A stretch of 24,254 bases of DNA from Candidatus Firestoneibacteriota bacterium. Lineage in GTDB: Bacteria > Oederibacteriota > D2-FULL-39-29 > JBBTED01. A program made the position numbers and the translations under genes. The DNA is taken from contig JBBTED010000165.1 of the NCBI GenBank assembly GCA_038042445.1, positions 1 to 24,254 of the forward strand. The letters are read 5' to 3'. Each line of letters starts with the position of its first letter. Within the stretch, counting starts at the first letter, position 1. A model generated the notes under the pieces. It had not been told where the DNA came from. It searched no databases and saw only the letters and a list, made by a program, of their open reading frames with translations. This document shows positions 8,619-17,347 of this stretch, in pieces.

Positions 8619-9986
8619 TTATGGACTAAAATCCATTTTTAGTCTTTGAAGTTCTTTTTTCAATAAATCACTATCCTTGATATCTCTCACCTCTCCTTTT
8701 ATATCATCAAGTATATAGTTATTTTTTTCTCCATTGTTTCCATTATTTCCAGTATTATTTTTTTCATTATCTTTTTCATAACAAGGAATATCATTTTGCT
8801 GTTTATATGATTTTCTTGTAGATATTTTCAATATTTGATCTATTTTAATTTTAGGATTTTTTATTATAACTCCGCATTCAATATTTTTTCTATTATTTAG
8901 TCCTAATCCACTACTTGTTATATTTGAAGAACCTATAAAGATTTTATCTGTATTATCCTTGTATTTTATATAAATAATCTTTGCATGATTAAAAGTCCTA
9001 TAAGTTCTATATGTTATATCATTTTCTAAATTTTTTTTAAAAATATCTATTATCTTTTCTTTATTGTTTTTTTGAGTCCTTATTTTTCTATTTAATTCCT
9101 GTTCGGTTGAAACAAGCCATTCTTTTTTTGTTATATCAACAATTTTATTTAAGTGTTTAAATATTTTTTTGTCTTTTTCATTTTCTAATATTAATTTAAT
9201 GCTTTCGTCTATTTCTGAATTTTCTTCAGAAGAAATACTTCTATCTGAAGTATTCTTAAATAGATAAATATCCTTGCTATTCCTAACGATTTCTTTGGGG
9301 AAATCTTTTTCGGAATTGTAATAAAAATATTTTTTCCCATTAGCTTCCTTAATGATTTTTTTAACACATTTTTCACCCCAAAAAGGTGAAATTAGATGTA
9401 TTTCTTTTATGTTTTTTTTATCTGCAAAAATTTGTTCGTAAATACAATTATTATTTTGAAATATGAATTTGGATCCATTTGAAAAATCAATCTTAATCTT
9501 TATGTTTTTCTGTGGGTAAATTTCACTCACAAATTTATTCAAATTTGAGGTCTTGTTTGTATTTGTTTCAGGAAATTCTTTTACAAATGCATATTCATAA
9601 TTATTATTCAACCCTGCTTTAGTGAGATTAAATGAACCAATTATTATTCTATAAAAAATTTTATTTTCCTTTCTATTTGTATTTTTGTCGTATTTTATTA
9701 TATATAATTTGGGGTGAAAAGAAGTTCTTTTACGAGAATTATAGACTATTACTTTTTTATCATACAACCAATTGGAGATTTGTTTTATTTGTGAAAAATG
9801 TACAATTATTTTAAAAAACTCTAATTTTTTTATTTCAGCTCTTGATTTTATGTTTAAATTGTTAAGTATATATTCTTTAAAATAATTTCCATCAAAACTA
9901 TAAGTAAAACCCAAAAATCCTTTAAGTTTATATCTGCAATCCAAACTAAAAATTTCCGAAACAGACTTTTTATATATTTCTGGCAT
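8619..9986 (-). CDS. Phospholipase D-superfamily protein with two HKD-type motifs (likely nuclease)
   Basis: GFTYSFD; FHPKLYII...IGSFNLT; ISPFW; NHAKIIYI...IGSSNIT..G...NIECGV. Confidence 0.85.
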   Translation of the reverse strand: MPEIYKKSVSEIFSLDCRYKLKGFLGFTYSFDGNYFKEYILNNLNIKSRAEIKKLEFFKIIVHFSQIKQISNWLYDKKVIVYNSRKRTSFHPKLYIIKYDKNTNRKENKIFYRIIIGSFNLTKAGLNNNYEYAFVKEFPETNTNKTSNLNKFVSEIYPQKNIKIKIDFSNGSKFIFQNNNCIYEQIFADKKNIKEIHLISPFWGEKCVKKIIKEANGKKYFYYNSEKDFPKEIVRNSKDIYLFKNTSDRSISSEENSEIDESIKLILENEKDKKIFKHLNKIVDITKKEWLVSTEQELNRKIRTQKNNKEKIIDIFKKNLENDITYRTYRTFNHAKIIYIKYKDNTDKIFIGSSNITSSGLGLNNRKNIECGVIIKNPKIKIDQILKISTRKSYKQQNDIPCYEKDNEKNNTGNNGNNGEKNNYILDDIKGEVRDIKDSDLLKKELQRLKMDFSP

Positions 9987-9991
9987 TTATT

Positions 9992-10867
9992 TTATTTTTT
10001 TGTGTTAATTTCTTTCTTGATTTTATATAAAACATCAAATCTAAATTTACTTACATCATTTTTTTCTGAGTCGCCATATTTTTTCTTAAAATCCGACATA
10101 AGCTTTATCTTTTTATCCTCAATTTTATATGGTACCATTCCTTTTTTCTGTATAATTCTTTCTCTTATTTCTTTAAGTATATTCTCTTCCTTTGTTTTTC
10201 CACCTTCCTTTTTACACTTATGAATATTTTCAATAAATTTTATTATATCCCGATAATCTTCTTTTAATTTTTTAATATATTCTTTATTTGTTTTTTCTTT
10301 TTTAAACAGTTTTGTTAGTTCACCATTATCAAAAATTTCTGAGATTGAGACACTTCCATTCTTATTTTTTAATTTTTTAATATTATTTACTATCAGTAGT
10401 ATAGGTTTTACAATTTCATAAAAATACTTCATTTTTTTTAGTGTATCTCGTATTTCTATGCTTTTTATTTTTTTAATTACATCAGGAAACTTGTCATCTT
10501 TAAATGGCTCTGCTTTTAGTTTTAGTTGTCCATATATATCTTTTATATGTTTTGACGGAGGACTTAATTTATCCCTCCTGTATTTTAAGCTAATTATAAT
10601 TCTCTCTATTTCTTTTTTAATTTTGCTATTTAGATTAAAATTACATCTATTTTCTTTATTATATTTTTTTATATTGTAGAATCTTTTTTTTATATAATTA
10701 TATATATCTTTCCATTCATTATATTCAAGTATAAAGTTTAAAAAGCTTTCGCCTTTATCTGTTAGATTATTATTTTCTTTATTTTTAAGACCACAAAATT
10801 CCAATGAAGACTTATATCTATCATACGCATAAGTCTGTGAAGAAGTTAAAAAATCTTTCAAATCCAT
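9992..10867 (-). CDS. Hypothetical protein preceding PLD, probably 5'-truncated by a deletion
   Basis: Long open frame, 5 nt from the PLD start. Its ATG is an out-of-frame triplet inside the MORN copy-2 NGFERF codons, with no RBS. Confidence 0.6.
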   Translation of the reverse strand: MDLKDFLTSSQTYAYDRYKSSLEFCGLKNKENNNLTDKGESFLNFILEYNEWKDIYNYIKKRFYNIKKYNKENRCNFNLNSKIKKEIERIIISLKYRRDKLSPPSKHIKDIYGQLKLKAEPFKDDKFPDVIKKIKSIEIRDTLKKMKYFYEIVKPILLIVNNIKKLKNKNGSVSISEIFDNGELTKLFKKEKTNKEYIKKLKEDYRDIIKFIENIHKCKKEGGKTKEENILKEIRERIIQKKGMVPYKIEDKKIKLMSDFKKKYGDSEKNDVSKFRFDVLYKIKKEINTKK

Positions 10868-11417
10868 TTACTTTTATTTTGAATTTTTTCTCCAAACCAT
10901 GTAGCCTTCCGTTTACAAAAAAAGCTTCTTTTACAATTTCTCCATTTGGGAACCATTCTTTTGCCAAACCATGCAATTGGCCATTTATATATACACACTC
11001 ATCTTTCTGATTCCCATTTTTATACCACTTTTTATTTATTCCATGAAAAATTCCCTTCTTATATGAAAGTTCAAATTCCATCTGACCATTCGCACACCAT
11101 TTCCTTTCTACTCCATGCTTTATATGACCTAACCATGAAACTTCATATTTTGGCAATCCATTCTCATACCACTGTTTTTCTATGCCCTGCTTTACCCCAT
11201 AACTATAAGTTATCTCATATTCTTGCTGCCCATTTTCATACCATCCTTTTTCTATTCCATGTAATTGCCAATTAACATAAGAAACTTCATATCGTATTTT
11301 TTTGGGCTCACTAAACCACCTAAATTTACTCAACAATCCGTTATCACTTAGAACTTCAGTTTTTAAAACTCTATTTTTGTCCCAAAGTCTTTGAGTAGTT
11401 TCCATATCCTTTTCCAA
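10821..11417 (-). pseudogene. MORN-variant repeat protein copy 2, truncated (no DUF6745-like domain)
   Basis: Aligns with 4685-5698 up to GFERF, then runs into unrelated sequence and stops after 9 codons. Confidence 0.8.
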
Positions 11418-11428
11418 TTTATGCCGAG

Positions 11429-11731
11429 TTAATCTGCAACTGGCCGCGGAGATTCTGGCAAATATTCACGTTGTTTTATTATTCTGTAATCACCTATTGG
11501 CAATGTTATTTGTTTATGTTCTTCATGCACTACTGTTGCTTCATTATTTTCAACTTTAGCAAAAATATTACCATTTTCATCCAGATACAAAACACCATCT
11601 ATCAATATATGTTTATGCCCTGTCGCTTCACCTTCAGCTATAATATTATCTGATTTTTTGATAATATCTCCTTTAATCTTATCAATCTTCACAAACAAAA
11701 TATCCCCTTGTCTCTTTTTCATTTCTTTCAT
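11429..11731 (-). CDS. Small His-motif beta-protein, copy 2
   Basis: 100 aa, same motifs as 5710-6012 (GEATGHKH, HEEH, QREY), AGGAGG RBS. Confidence 0.85.
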   Translation of the reverse strand: MKEMKKRQGDILFVKIDKIKGDIIKKSDNIIAEGEATGHKHILIDGVLYLDENGNIFAKVENNEATVVHEEHKQITLPIGDYRIIKQREYLPESPRPVAD

Positions 11732-11755
11732 ATCAACCGCCTCCTTTTAATATAG

Positions 11756-11777
11756 AGTATATATCTTCCCTCTGACA
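11756..11777 (-). promoter_or_regulatory. TGTCA-N10-TANNNT promoter, type A copy 2
   Basis: Minus strand TGTCAG-AGGGAAGATA-TATACT. Confidence 0.7.
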
Positions 11778-11828
11778 TTTTTTTAAGTAACCCACATGAC
11801 TGTATTCTATAATTAGTATTTACTTCAT

Positions 11829-11865
11829 CTAATACAAATATTAGCATATAGGTATGACAAAATTT
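11829..11865 (-). promoter_or_regulatory. TGTCA-N10-TANNNT promoter, type B copy 2
   Basis: Minus strand TGTCAT-ACCTATATGC-TAATAT (11838-11859); palindrome CTAATA-CAAA-TATTAG. Confidence 0.7.
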
Positions 11866-11934
11866 AGGGGATTAAAATGATAAATTAGTTATAACTTTTA
11901 AGTGTATAAATACAGGTTTCTGATAACAACAAAA

Positions 11935-13260
11935 CTATAACTCAAAAAGTTCATCATCTGATAAAATATGAACATTATCAAATAATTTTTTATATTGGTC
12001 TGCGTGAAAAGTATGAATTGGAATTAATATTTTAGGTCTTAATGCCTTATTAAAAGATTTAAGATCCTTTACAACCGCATGTCCACTGGTATGAATATGT
12101 TTAAGTATAAGATTATTCGTATCGACAAAATTCCAAAACTTGCTTGCCTTTTCCTTATCTCGGATATATCCTTCCCATTGAGAATAAATAACCGTTGCAC
12201 CGTTAATTTTTGGAATCTGCTTAACTAATGGAATCATAGAATCACGCATAACAACAAGACACTTTTCGCTACCGATTTCCCATGTTTTTATCTTATGCTT
12301 CCCTATATCAAAAGTAAGATATTTTAAATTTGATTTAACAATTTTTTCAATGTACATATCGCCATTGCCATAATAATTACCTATCAACACCTTAATATTT
12401 CTCCAATCTAATTGAGGAATATTCTTGTTTTCATTTTTTACCACATGTAGGACGATAGCGATATAAGGATCAATAATAAACGTAGCTTTCATATGTCGTA
12501 CCGCCTTATAAAATGTTACTATGCGGTCAATATTTTGTCCTGAGCAATATGCAAATACAATATTATTATTTTTTTTTAAAACCTCTTGCACTCCCTTCAA
12601 AACAGCCTGCTCATCTGAAAAACTACTTTCTTGCCGTTCTATCATAGTTCCCTCCATTAGCAGACAACTTACATTTTTAGGAGGATGTTTTATAAAAGAA
12701 TCAAATAAATATTTCTTCCATCCGCTTGCACGAAAATCTCCTGAGTAAAACAGACTTTTGCGTGTTGATTTCTCTTCAACCAGAAAAGACATGGCATCAA
12801 AACCTGAATGGTCAACCAGATAAGGAGTTATATGTAAACCACCAATATCAAAACCTATCCTATGCTTTACTATACACGGTTTTAAAATGTTACTATGGTT
12901 TTGCTTGTGCGTAAAAACATTAAGAACATGAATAAGTTTACAAGCTCCTTCGCTGATATATACGGGAATATCAGGATTTACATACTTTAATAATCCATAA
13001 TGATCTTTGTGAGAGTGAGATAATAGAATTGCATCTATTTTCTTTTCTTCATCATTATAAACTCCTGTGATATCTGGCAATACTTTCATTGCTTTTAATT
13101 CAGCAATGGATTTATTCTCTAATTTCTTTTCATCAAAAGAAAGTTTGTTTTCATCAACAAGCGGCATCCCAAAATCAATTAATATCCTGGTTTTACCAGC
13201 AATTACCTCAACACAACTTCCACCTATTTCTTTTGTGCCACGATGAATAATGAGTTTCAT
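11935..13260 (-). CDS. RNase J-like MBL-fold/beta-CASP metallo-hydrolase (second, divergent)
   Basis: HRGTKEIGGSC, IDFG, SHSHKDHYG, VDHSGFDA, YSGDFR, MEGT, YSQWEGY, HTSGHA, PIH. Confidence 0.9.
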   Translation of the reverse strand: MKLIIHRGTKEIGGSCVEVIAGKTRILIDFGMPLVDENKLSFDEKKLENKSIAELKAMKVLPDITGVYNDEEKKIDAILLSHSHKDHYGLLKYVNPDIPVYISEGACKLIHVLNVFTHKQNHSNILKPCIVKHRIGFDIGGLHITPYLVDHSGFDAMSFLVEEKSTRKSLFYSGDFRASGWKKYLFDSFIKHPPKNVSCLLMEGTMIERQESSFSDEQAVLKGVQEVLKKNNNIVFAYCSGQNIDRIVTFYKAVRHMKATFIIDPYIAIVLHVVKNENKNIPQLDWRNIKVLIGNYYGNGDMYIEKIVKSNLKYLTFDIGKHKIKTWEIGSEKCLVVMRDSMIPLVKQIPKINGATVIYSQWEGYIRDKEKASKFWNFVDTNNLILKHIHTSGHAVVKDLKSFNKALRPKILIPIHTFHADQYKKLFDNVHILSDDELFEL

Positions 13261-13276
13261 TTGATTAGATTCTCTT

Positions 13277-14053
13277 CTAATTTTCCAATTTTATAACTTC
13301 AGCATTCAACTTATTACTGCGATTCATCTTTTTTAAAATATCGTCTGATATTTTCAATATTTTAAACTTATTTTTTATTGATGCTATTTTGCACAGTTCT
13401 TTAATAAAATGTTCCTTCAATAATATATCTATTGCTTTTAAGTAGGAATCGACTTGGACTACGGGATTGTCTTTCTTGTTTTCTTTGTTTTTAAATTCAA
13501 CCAGAACAAATTCATTCTTTTTATTATTATAATATACTGCATCAAATCTACCACATTTATCGGATTGCGCATCTCTATCTTTTCTGTGAAATATTATCTG
13601 ATGATCTATCCATACAATATTATCATCTGGTTTTTGCATATACTTAAATTGCCTAGATAACTCATTGTTTTTATTATATCCATCAACTTTTGACTTTTTT
13701 TTCTTAATTATTTCATTAATATTCGTATTGTTCAACTCACCTGTTGGTTCAGATTCAACTTGAAACTTATCATTTACTTTTTTAAATGCTATCTTTTGCT
13801 TTACCCTTGTTATATTTAAATATAAAATTCTGTTCCCATTATAATAACAATGAATCACAGAATTATATGGTATATCATTTCCCCATCCTTTTTTGTAATT
13901 CCTTTGATCTCTAAAATCAACAGATATCTTGTTTTCAAGACATATAGAAATGAATTTTTTTATTATTTCTATCTTGTCCGAATTCTCATTTAATTTCTGA
14001 AAACACTTTTCCCACACAGTTCCTCTAAAATAACCAAATCTTTTATTCTCCAT
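13277..14053 (-). CDS. Putative PD-(D/E)XK nuclease-fold protein
   Basis: GRFDAVY...FVLVEFK...Q..SY motif order; GAGGAGG RBS; 16 nt from the MBL gene. Confidence 0.65.
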   Translation of the reverse strand: MENKRFGYFRGTVWEKCFQKLNENSDKIEIIKKFISICLENKISVDFRDQRNYKKGWGNDIPYNSVIHCYYNGNRILYLNITRVKQKIAFKKVNDKFQVESEPTGELNNTNINEIIKKKKSKVDGYNKNNELSRQFKYMQKPDDNIVWIDHQIIFHRKDRDAQSDKCGRFDAVYYNNKKNEFVLVEFKNKENKKDNPVVQVDSYLKAIDILLKEHFIKELCKIASIKNKFKILKISDDILKKMNRSNKLNAEVIKLEN

Positions 14054-14273
14054 ATACTCATCCTCCTCTTTTTATAAATTCCTCTTAATAATACTATCTG
14101 CCATGATAAAATACAACAAATTATCCAAATTTAGTTTCATATATTTTTTAAACATTCTTCTCGCCACTGCAAATAAATCTATATATGTATTCAGCATCAC
14201 CCTCATTATTTACAGCAAACAAATTATAATCCATAAAATCAGAAAAATCACGTTTAATCTTCAAATTCCTATA

Positions 14274-14855
14274 TTACTTTTTATTATTTCCAGTTAGTCC
14301 TTTTATATAGGTTTTATATTTCTTCAAAAAACCATATAACACAGAATGTCCCCTCGTAGTATATTTTCTTCTATCTATTGCTATTAAATCAAAAATAAGC
14401 CACCTTAATTCTTCTGGATGTTCTACTAAAATTTCAGCAATACATCTTGTAGCATCATGCCATCTATTCCACCACTTATATAAAAGCGATAATTCAGTTT
14501 TCAAAATAAATAAATCTGGAGCAAGCTTAATTGTTTTAATATAATATTTTTCTGATGTTTCATAATCATTTATAAACTTATAACACGCTGCTATTGTACG
14601 ATAAATTGCTATCTTATAACAAGGATATTTTATAAGTAACTTTTTTAATCTTAAGATTGCATTTTTACCCAACTGCACCAATTCCTTTGTTGGTTCTTTT
14701 TTATGTTTTATATTGGAAAAAGCCTTGTGTAATAAATACTTATAATCTTTTAAAATAATATTCCATTTTTTATCAGTTCTTATATCTGGAATAAAAGATA
14801 TATAAGGTATAAAGTTTTTATTTATCCTTGCATTCATTTCTTTATACTTTTCCAC
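14274..14855 (-). CDS. Helical, TPR-like hypothetical protein
   Basis: GTG start with AGGAGG RBS; IYRTIAACY....DYETSEKYYIKTIKLAPD fits the TPR consensus. Confidence 0.65.
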   Translation of the reverse strand: MEKYKEMNARINKNFIPYISFIPDIRTDKKWNIILKDYKYLLHKAFSNIKHKKEPTKELVQLGKNAILRLKKLLIKYPCYKIAIYRTIAACYKFINDYETSEKYYIKTIKLAPDLFILKTELSLLYKWWNRWHDATRCIAEILVEHPEELRWLIFDLIAIDRRKYTTRGHSVLYGFLKKYKTYIKGLTGNNKK

Positions 14856-14879
14856 TATTATCAGCCTCCTTCAATGTAA

Positions 14880-14901
14880 ATTATATATCTCCCCTCTGAC
14901 A
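14880..14901 (-). promoter_or_regulatory. TGTCA-N10-TANNNT promoter, type A copy 3
   Basis: Minus strand TGTCAG-AGGGGAGATA-TATAAT (perfect -10, no -35 hexamer at canonical spacing). Confidence 0.75.
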
Positions 14902-14927
14902 TTTTTTAAGTAACTTACGTAACCATA

Positions 14928-16520
14928 TTAAGCAAATTTTTCTCCTGCCTGAGAATATTCAACCTCCAAATTATTTTTTACTATATTCTGTTTGAATTTA
15001 TATTCATCAATTAACAGCTTTGTATGGGAACACTTGGAATTAAAACCATGGAACATAAATGAAGAAAGAAGCTCTTCCATTATTGTTCTTAATCCTCTTG
15101 CTCCAACACCATTATTAATTGCCTCTTCTGCTATTAGATAAAGCACTTCTGAAGTAATTTGCAAATCCACCCCATTCAATCTGAACATCTCCTGATACTG
15201 TTTTAAAATAGCGTTTTTCGGAACAGTTAATATATCAACCATTTGATCCAATGTAAGTTCTTCAAGAGTAGCAATAACTGGAATACGGCCTATCAACTCT
15301 GGAATCATTCCATATTCTATGAGATCTTCAGTATTCACTTTATTAATATCTCTATGGTAATTTTGTTTGTTAGTATCTGACGGACAAAAACCAATCTTGT
15401 TTTTTTTCCGTCTATTTATAATATCACGTAAACCATCAAAAGCACCTCCAACGATAAATAATATATTTTTAGTATTCATATCAGGAAAATAATGATGTGA
15501 GTAACTTATAATATTGCTTTCTATGAGTTTCAACAATTCTTCCTGAACAGACCTCCCAGAAACATCTCTATCTGAGTTATGAGCTTTTGTTATTGACTGT
15601 GTTGCTATTTTATCTATTTCATCAATGTATATAATCCCACGTTGTGCATTTTCAAGATTATATCCTGCTTTTCCATATAATTTGGATAACATATCCTCTA
15701 CGCAACCACCCACATATCCAGTTTCTGTATAAACAGTTGCATCAGTTATAACAAATGGCACATCAAGTGTTTTTGCTAAAGTTTTACATAATAATGTTTT
15801 ACCACATCCTGTTGGACCAATTAAAAGTATATTACTTTTTTCTATTTCAATACCATTATTATTATGAAATATCCTTTTAAAATGATTGTATACCGCAACA
15901 GATAATATTTTTTTTGCATAATCCTGACCTATCACATATTTGTTAAGTTCAGAATATATCAACTCAGGAGATTTAATATTTTTTTTATTGATAATATATT
16001 TGTCTTTATTTTTCTTACATTTAGGAATTGCTTTTCTGCCATATGCAATTTCACGAATAGATAAGGATGTGAGAAAATAATCGGCTTGAATTTCTGGCAT
16101 AATGGTTAACCCTGTTAATCGATCAGAACTTATTATACCTTTTTTTCTCAATCTTCCCTCTTTGCTCAAATACCGCATATTCTTTAGTGCCACAACTGAA
16201 TCATTGTTAGATATGATTTTTAAAAGTTCCACTCCGCTTAATCTTGACTTGCCTTGCTGCAAATGTGCATTAAGTAATACAAGAACAATCAGCGATTCTT
16301 CTTCATTTAAGTGGTTGCGTTTTATTAAGCGTCCCAAACTTGTATTTTTACCTCTTTCAATAATAGTGCTTATCTTGTTAATGATATTATGAGTTGCATC
16401 TACTTTCGTTTTTTCATCATCATTCTTTTTCATTATTCTTCTATATACATGATTTGTTGCACAAAACAATTCCTTTACAAGCTCCATTTGTTGACGCAAT
16501 ACATCATCACTTTTGCTCAT
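14928..16520 (-). CDS. clpX: ClpX-family AAA+ unfoldase paralogue with ~175-aa non-zinc-finger N-terminal domain
   Basis: VIGQ..AKKILSVAVYNH.KR, KSNILLIGPTGCGKT, DAT..TE.GYVG, IDEIDK, RDVSG, KIGF loop, PELIGRIP, GARGLR. No C4 zinc finger and no RKH loop. Confidence 0.9.
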   Translation of the reverse strand: MSKSDDVLRQQMELVKELFCATNHVYRRIMKKNDDEKTKVDATHNIINKISTIIERGKNTSLGRLIKRNHLNEEESLIVLVLLNAHLQQGKSRLSGVELLKIISNNDSVVALKNMRYLSKEGRLRKKGIISSDRLTGLTIMPEIQADYFLTSLSIREIAYGRKAIPKCKKNKDKYIINKKNIKSPELIYSELNKYVIGQDYAKKILSVAVYNHFKRIFHNNNGIEIEKSNILLIGPTGCGKTLLCKTLAKTLDVPFVITDATVYTETGYVGGCVEDMLSKLYGKAGYNLENAQRGIIYIDEIDKIATQSITKAHNSDRDVSGRSVQEELLKLIESNIISYSHHYFPDMNTKNILFIVGGAFDGLRDIINRRKKNKIGFCPSDTNKQNYHRDINKVNTEDLIEYGMIPELIGRIPVIATLEELTLDQMVDILTVPKNAILKQYQEMFRLNGVDLQITSEVLYLIAEEAINNGVGARGLRTIMEELLSSFMFHGFNSKCSHTKLLIDEYKFKQNIVKNNLEVEYSQAGEKFA

Positions 16521-16600
16521 AACAACTCACCCCCTATTTCGTTAAACGAATTTAACGAAATTCCTAATTGTAAAAGCATCTGTATGTCTTTCATACTCAT

Positions 16601-16637
16601 CTAATATAAATATTAGCATAAAGGTATGACAAAATTT
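16601..16637 (-). promoter_or_regulatory. TGTCA-N10-TANNNT promoter, type B copy 3, upstream of the clpX paralogue
   Basis: Minus strand TGTCAT-ACCTTTATGC-TAATAT (16610-16631); palindrome CTAATA-TAAA-TATTAG. Confidence 0.7.
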
Positions 16638-16872
16638 TTGGGATTAAGACACACTAATTTATAATTATGGATTAAAAGTATGAATAGTTTCTATTTTCTT
16701 TGGGTTTAACGCTAATTCAAGTCGTCCCAACTTCTGCACTTTTTCATTAAAAAGGAATCTTTTTAGTAACTTCTAAAAAACAAACCATTGATATTTTCAA
16801 AGGCATAGCAAATTCCATAATGAATGCCGAAACTTTTTTCCCATAGGCATTATATCCAAAATACAAAAAATA

Positions 16873-17211
16873 TTACTTATCTTTAGGGGCAATCCAAAAG
16901 GAATCCCCACAAATTTGACCATCAACAAGCATAACATCATCAAGAGAAGGTTCGCTAAGTCCTCCAAGATAATTGGGCCAGGTCTGACTTATTTTGCAAG
17001 AGCTAATTAAATAATCAAAATCCTTACGAGATAACATCCCTATAAATTTATACCATCTATTATATGCTAAATAGTAACCTTCTTTTCCTTTAACCTGAAC
17101 CCTTTTAATCATATATATTTGTCTATATCGATTGCCATCTTTTTGATAAGGCTCAAGTATTAAACCTTTTGATACTTCAATTAATTCTTCAACTAAGTTT
17201 TTTATTTCCAT
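16873..17211 (-). CDS. Hypothetical protein
   Basis: 112-aa ORF, protein-like composition, co-oriented with neighbours; no recognisable motif. Confidence 0.55.
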   Translation of the reverse strand: MEIKNLVEELIEVSKGLILEPYQKDGNRYRQIYMIKRVQVKGKEGYYLAYNRWYKFIGMLSRKDFDYLISSCKISQTWPNYLGGLSEPSLDDVMLVDGQICGDSFWIAPKDK

Positions 17212-17216
17212 CTATG

Positions 17217-17347
17217 TTATGTATTCAAAGTGTCCACTTTTATATTTCCATCGGGATATTTTTATATTATTTTCCTTGTTACCTCTTTACTACACAGCTA
17301 TTTAATGAAAACACCAAAATCAATATTGCAATATAAATTCTACTCAT
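17217..17347 (-). pseudogene. Remnant of a lipoprotein gene (possibly MORN-type)
   Basis: GAGGAG RBS then MSRIYIAILILVFSLNSC (signal peptide + lipobox). After a frameshift it reads SKEVTRKII*KYPDGNIK. Confidence 0.5.

Larger units (their letters stand above)
10851..11865. repeat. ~1 kb direct repeat, copy 2
   Basis: See 5129-6150; offset ~5.72 kb. Confidence 0.95.

Noticed and set aside
5129..11865. Duplicated MORN region as a DGR template/variable repeat pair
   Set aside because: The differences I checked are not adenine-specific, the repeat is ~1 kb and includes promoters, and no reverse transcriptase is present.
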